A program made the position numbers and the translations under genes. Positions 60,621-64,000 of a stretch of DNA of 64,000 nt are shown piece after piece; within the stretch, counting starts at the first letter, position 1; every line of letters starts with the position of its first letter. Under the pieces are notes generated by a model. That model worked only from the letters and a program-made list of their open reading frames with translations, was not told the origin of the DNA and searched no databases. Origin of the DNA: Dehalococcoidia bacterium (GTDB taxonomy: Bacteria > Chloroflexota > Dehalococcoidia > Bin125). The stretch spans positions 736,001-800,000 of the forward strand of contig OY820591.1 of assembly GCA_963555985.3 (NCBI GenBank), read 5' to 3'.

Positions 60621-60870
60621 CGTCATTCCAGGGAACGGAGACCTTTGTAAATTGGCATTCCCGCCACTCTCGTCATTCCAGCGAAAGCTGGAATCTCGCC
60701 CGACCAGATAAACCGAACTCCGAACGAGATTCCAGGTCAAGCCTGGAATGACGGAAATGGGAATCTTGCAATGGTCTCCGCAGGCGGGGATCACTCGCCG
60801 TGATCTGCACCGTCGTCGCTCACACGGCGAGCTTGCCCCCTGTTCAGGCCAGGGGCAGGCGGCGGCGGAG
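60621..60870. repeat. REP cluster with MITE (60637-60779)
   Basis: ggagacctttgtaaatt ... aatcttgcaatggtctcc ends enclosing an inverted gtcattccag hairpin pair. Confidence 0.75.
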
Positions 60871-60888
60871 AGCGTTTTCGGCGTCCTG

Positions 60889-61989
60889 CTAGTCCACCAC
60901 CGGGGTTGCTCCCAGAGGGCGAAGTTCGTCCATCAGCCAGGTGAGGCGCTCTTCGGTCAGGGTGGGGGCGTGCGACTCTCCGCGCCGCTGTCCCGGGTAG
61001 CCGAAGTTGCTGCGGCCTTCTTGCTGCTGGCGGACGTACTGACCGAGCGAGATGCGGCTGGCGTAGCTGAGGTTGGTGCGGACATACTTGGGCAGGTCGT
61101 CCCAGGTGGTCGCGTGGGCCATTTCCGCGGCGACCTCGAAGTTGACCGCGTCGGCCATCTTGTCCCACTCGCCCTTGAGCGAGAGTTCGTGCAACTGCAT
61201 CCCCAACGACTCCAGGCCGTGGGCGCGGAAGACGCCGTGGTAGCTGCGAGTCGAGCCGTAGAAAGAGATCGCGCGGCGCAGGCCGTCGATCGACTGCTCG
61301 ACCTCGGACTCGTTCTCGCCGAAGGCCATGAAGCCGCCGACGCTGAAGTCGATCTCGTCGAGACTGCGCCCGGCGCGGTCGGCGCCCTTCTTCACGTTGG
61401 GGATGACCGTCTCCATCATCACCTTGTGGGTCATGAAGCCGTGCGGACGCAGGCCGTCGGCGCAGGCGCCGGCGGTCCGCGCCATCAACGGGCCGACGTT
61501 GGCCAGTGAGATCTTGGGCGGGTCGTACTCGATCGGGCCGGGATCGAACATCGGCGTCATCAGCGTGTAGGTGTAGTTGTCGGAGATGTATTCGGGGCGC
61601 TCGCCGGTCTGCCAGGAGTGCCAGACGGCGCGCATCATGTTGATGTAGTCCTCCATCCGCTTGGCGGGCGGCGCCCAGGTGCCGCCGAAGCGGCGCACGT
61701 TGTGGCCTTTGACCTGGCTGCCCAGACCGAGGTTGATCCGGCCCTTGGACAGTTCCTGCAAATCCCAGGCGGCCTGGGCCATGATCATCGGCGTGCGCGG
61801 GAAGGCGATCGTGACCGAGGAGGAGATCTCCACGCGCTCGGTGTGTTCGGCCGCGATCATCATCTGGAAGAGCGAGTTGTGCTTGGTCTCGGGCACGACG
61901 ATGGAGTCGAAGCCGCGCGCCTCCAGCGTCTTGACCTGCTCGGCGATTCCGCCCAGCCAGCCGCCGCCAAATCCGGTTTCGATTTTCAT
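60889..61989 (-). CDS. F420-dependent LLM-class oxidoreductase (TIGR03617-like)
   Basis: PETKH, IAFPRTPM..AQ.AWDLQ..S.GR..LGLGSQVKGH..RRFG, FYGSTRSY. Confidence 0.9.
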   Translation of the reverse strand: MKIETGFGGGWLGGIAEQVKTLEARGFDSIVVPETKHNSLFQMMIAAEHTERVEISSSVTIAFPRTPMIMAQAAWDLQELSKGRINLGLGSQVKGHNVRRFGGTWAPPAKRMEDYINMMRAVWHSWQTGERPEYISDNYTYTLMTPMFDPGPIEYDPPKISLANVGPLMARTAGACADGLRPHGFMTHKVMMETVIPNVKKGADRAGRSLDEIDFSVGGFMAFGENESEVEQSIDGLRRAISFYGSTRSYHGVFRAHGLESLGMQLHELSLKGEWDKMADAVNFEVAAEMAHATTWDDLPKYVRTNLSYASRISLGQYVRQQQEGRSNFGYPGQRRGESHAPTLTEERLTWLMDELRPLGATPVVD

Positions 61990-62063
61990 GGTTCCTTCGC
62001 CTTTCCGACGACTTCCGTTGTCGCTTGCGTCTGCTGAGGCTCATGTTAGAACGGAGATGGTCA

Positions 62064-62113
62064 TTGGCGATAGCGACAACACTGGCAAGAAAACCGAGGT
62101 AGGCTATCGCCAA
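62064..62113. promoter_or_regulatory. Perfect 11-bp inverted repeat upstream of the phd-vapC pair
   Basis: ttggcgatagc-N28-gctatcgccaa. Confidence 0.35.
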
Positions 62114-62168
62114 CGGTGCAAGGACGACTGTCATGGCGGCTGAACCAGCAGGTGAGCACTGCGATTCG

Positions 62169-62435
62169 GTGAGATACTGCCCTGCCATCGTGGCGCGGCA
62201 TCGATTCGATCAGATGCTCGAACAAGTGGAGCGAGGGGAAACCGTCCTCATCCACCGGGGAGGACGCATCATCGCCCAATTCTCGCCGCCGTCCGAGGCG
62301 CAGTGCGATAGCCCCGAAGTGGACTCAAAGTCGCTCCTCTTCTTGGAGCGGGTCGCGGAGCTGAGAGACGGCAAGCCCACGAATGTCACACGCGAGGAGA
62401 TTCTTGCCTGGCGCCACGAGGGTCACAAGCGGTGA
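62169..62435 (+). CDS. Phd/YefM-family antitoxin
   Basis: ARHRFDQMLEQVERGETVLIHRGGRIIA; WRHEGHK end; start approximate. Confidence 0.8.
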   Translation: MRYCPAIVARHRFDQMLEQVERGETVLIHRGGRIIAQFSPPSEAQCDSPEVDSKSLLFLERVAELRDGKPTNVTREEILAWRHEGHKR

Positions 62436-62839
62436 ACGAAGTCATCTTGGATGCCTCGATCACGACCGGCTGGCTGCTAGAGGACGAACAAGACCCGCGC
62501 TCGCTGGCTGTACAAGCTCAAGTTCTTCGCGAAGGAGCGACCGTGCCGCGTCACTGGCATTTCGAAGTCGCGAATTCGCTGCTGTTCGCCGAGCGAAGGG
62601 GTCGGTTGCAGCCTGGCAGCGCCAGGTTGCACATACACTCGCTCAGTGACTTGCCAATCCGAATCGATCACTCCCCCAATATCGAGGCCGCGTTTGACTT
62701 GGCGTTCGAGTTCGGGTTGACGTTATACGACGCGATCTATCTGGACCTGGCGCTACGAAGAGGGCTTCCGCTGGCGACGCTGGACGGCGACCTGTTGCAT
62801 GCCGCACCTAGGTCGGGCGTTGAGCTGTACGGTGCCTAG
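62432..62839 (+). CDS. VapC PIN-domain toxin
   Basis: ILDAS, EVAN, LTLYDAIYL.LA, LATLD. Confidence 0.9.
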   Translation: MNEVILDASITTGWLLEDEQDPRSLAVQAQVLREGATVPRHWHFEVANSLLFAERRGRLQPGSARLHIHSLSDLPIRIDHSPNIEAAFDLAFEFGLTLYDAIYLDLALRRGLPLATLDGDLLHAAPRSGVELYGA

Positions 62840-64000
62840 CCGCCCACCCGCGACAACTCGCGCGGGGCTAGCGACGCCCAGAAGTCTCGTTCCTCGTCGC
62901 CGGGGGCGTTGACGACCTCGCAGTCGTGATTGAGCGTCATGACGGCGCGGTCGCCGGTGTCGTAGGTAGGCCATTCGGGCAGGTGATCGTTGTTGGGATT
63001 GCCAGTCTTGGCGAAGGCGAGATAGGTCTGCATCATCGTCTCCGAGAGCGCCGCCAGCTCGGGTGAGGCCTCTCCGCAGAAGCGCTTCATGTTCTCGGCC
63101 TCGTATGTGCCCCAGATAAAGGGGATATCGAGCGAGTGGCAGGAACCGAGCGCGCCGTCGTAGGCGGGCGAGGGGTAGTCGAAGCGGTAGCTCCAGACGC
63201 TCTCGGTATGGCGGCGCTGGGCTTCGGCGGTCTTGACCGCGGGGATGCGGAACATCGAGTCGGTCATGATCGCGTTCCAGACGGCGAGGTTGTCGGTGGG
63301 TTCGCCGCGCGCGTCGCGGGCGCGCTGGTAGCGATCGACACCTTCGGCGGCGCGCATTCCTCCGAAGGGAGCGGTGGCAGCGGCGAGCAGGTCGTTGTCG
63401 GACATGTTTTGCGTGTCGGAGCGCGCTGAGGTGAAGAGATTGAACTCGTCCTTGGTGTGTCCGATCAGCAAAGGCATGCCTTTGGTCTGGATGCCTGCGC
63501 CGATCCGAATCTCGGCATCGAGGCCAAGCGAATAACCGTCGGCGACGGGACCGAATCGGACTCCGCCGAATCCACCGGCGGTGGCCTCGACCTGGTAGTC
63601 GAGCAGGTCTTCGGCGTTGACCGAGCGCATTCGCTCCGGGTCGTCCCAACCGCCGAAGCGGAGCATGAACTTCTCGGCGATGGCTCGGGCTTCGAATTTG
63701 GTGATGGTCGGGATCAGCGATCCGCTCATGGGGATCGCCTTGTCGAAGGCGCCGGTTGCGGCGGGCATCGCCATCAGATGGGCGATGTCGAAGCCGCCGG
63801 CGGATTGTCCGAAGACGGTGACGTTGTTGGGGTCGCCGCCGAAGGCTTCGATCTCGCGTCTGACCCAGAAGAGGGCGGCGGTCTGGTCGAGCAGGCCCTC
63901 GTTGCCGTAGGCGCCCAGGATCGGAGCGTGCAGCCAGCCGAAGACGCCGAGCCGGTAGTTGAGCGTGACGACCACGACATCGCCGGTGAGGGCGAGGCGG
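62836..64000 (-). CDS. Type B carboxylesterase (5' end outside window)
   Basis: NYRLG, FGGDPNNVTVFGQSAG, G.TKDE, CHSLDI. Confidence 0.92.
   Translation of the reverse strand, partial: RLALTGDVVVVTLNYRLGVFGWLHAPILGAYGNEGLLDQTAALFWVRREIEAFGGDPNNVTVFGQSAGGFDIAHLMAMPAATGAFDKAIPMSGSLIPTITKFEARAIAEKFMLRFGGWDDPERMRSVNAEDLLDYQVEATAGGFGGVRFGPVADGYSLGLDAEIRIGAGIQTKGMPLLIGHTKDEFNLFTSARSDTQNMSDNDLLAAATAPFGGMRAAEGVDRYQRARDARGEPTDNLAVWNAIMTDSMFRIPAVKTAEAQRRHTESVWSYRFDYPSPAYDGALGSCHSLDIPFIWGTYEAENMKRFCGEASPELAALSETMMQTYLAFAKTGNPNNDHLPEWPTYDTGDRAVMTLNHDCEVVNAPGDEERDFWASLAPRELSRVGG

Noticed and set aside
57410-60870. Repeat clusters as a CRISPR array
   Set aside because: Units are palindromic, nested, irregularly spaced and in both orientations; no constant repeat-spacer period and no cas genes

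Overview
High-GC bacterial chromosome segment. The gene content (F420-dependent LLM oxidoreductase, many family III CoA-transferases, Uma2, sortase-like tail) suggests Chloroflexota/Dehalococcoidia, possibly a sponge-type symbiont; this is inference, not a database result. Core genes are rpsU, an OmpR-type two-component pair, uppP, ispG, proS, nusA-ylxR-infB-rbfA-truB, fabG-fabD-fabF-fabF-acpP and amtB-glnK. Accessory genes include a CNT transporter, a ChlI-like AAA/VWA pair, a DUF1538-PII-CBS operon, four single and one fused CoA-transferase, two MFS, a GMC oxidoreductase, three toxin-antitoxin pairs, an IS1595 relic and many REP/MITE repeats. No tRNA, rRNA or CRISPR array was recognised. The most unusual signal is a dispersed two-copy cassette (23.2-24.1 kb on +, 39.4-40.3 kb on -). 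Each copy has REP hairpins, a near-identical promoter leader with a degenerate SOS-like box, a divergent acidic-tailed ORF (small-terminase-like), and an overlapping large-terminase N-terminal stub ending at or just after Walker A. Related oddities are SOS-like boxes ahead of 10-bp-phased repeat arrays (9.1 and 60.5 kb), a lone phage-type gene between direct repeats, and coding-independent strand-skew tracts with sharp borders around the cassettes.
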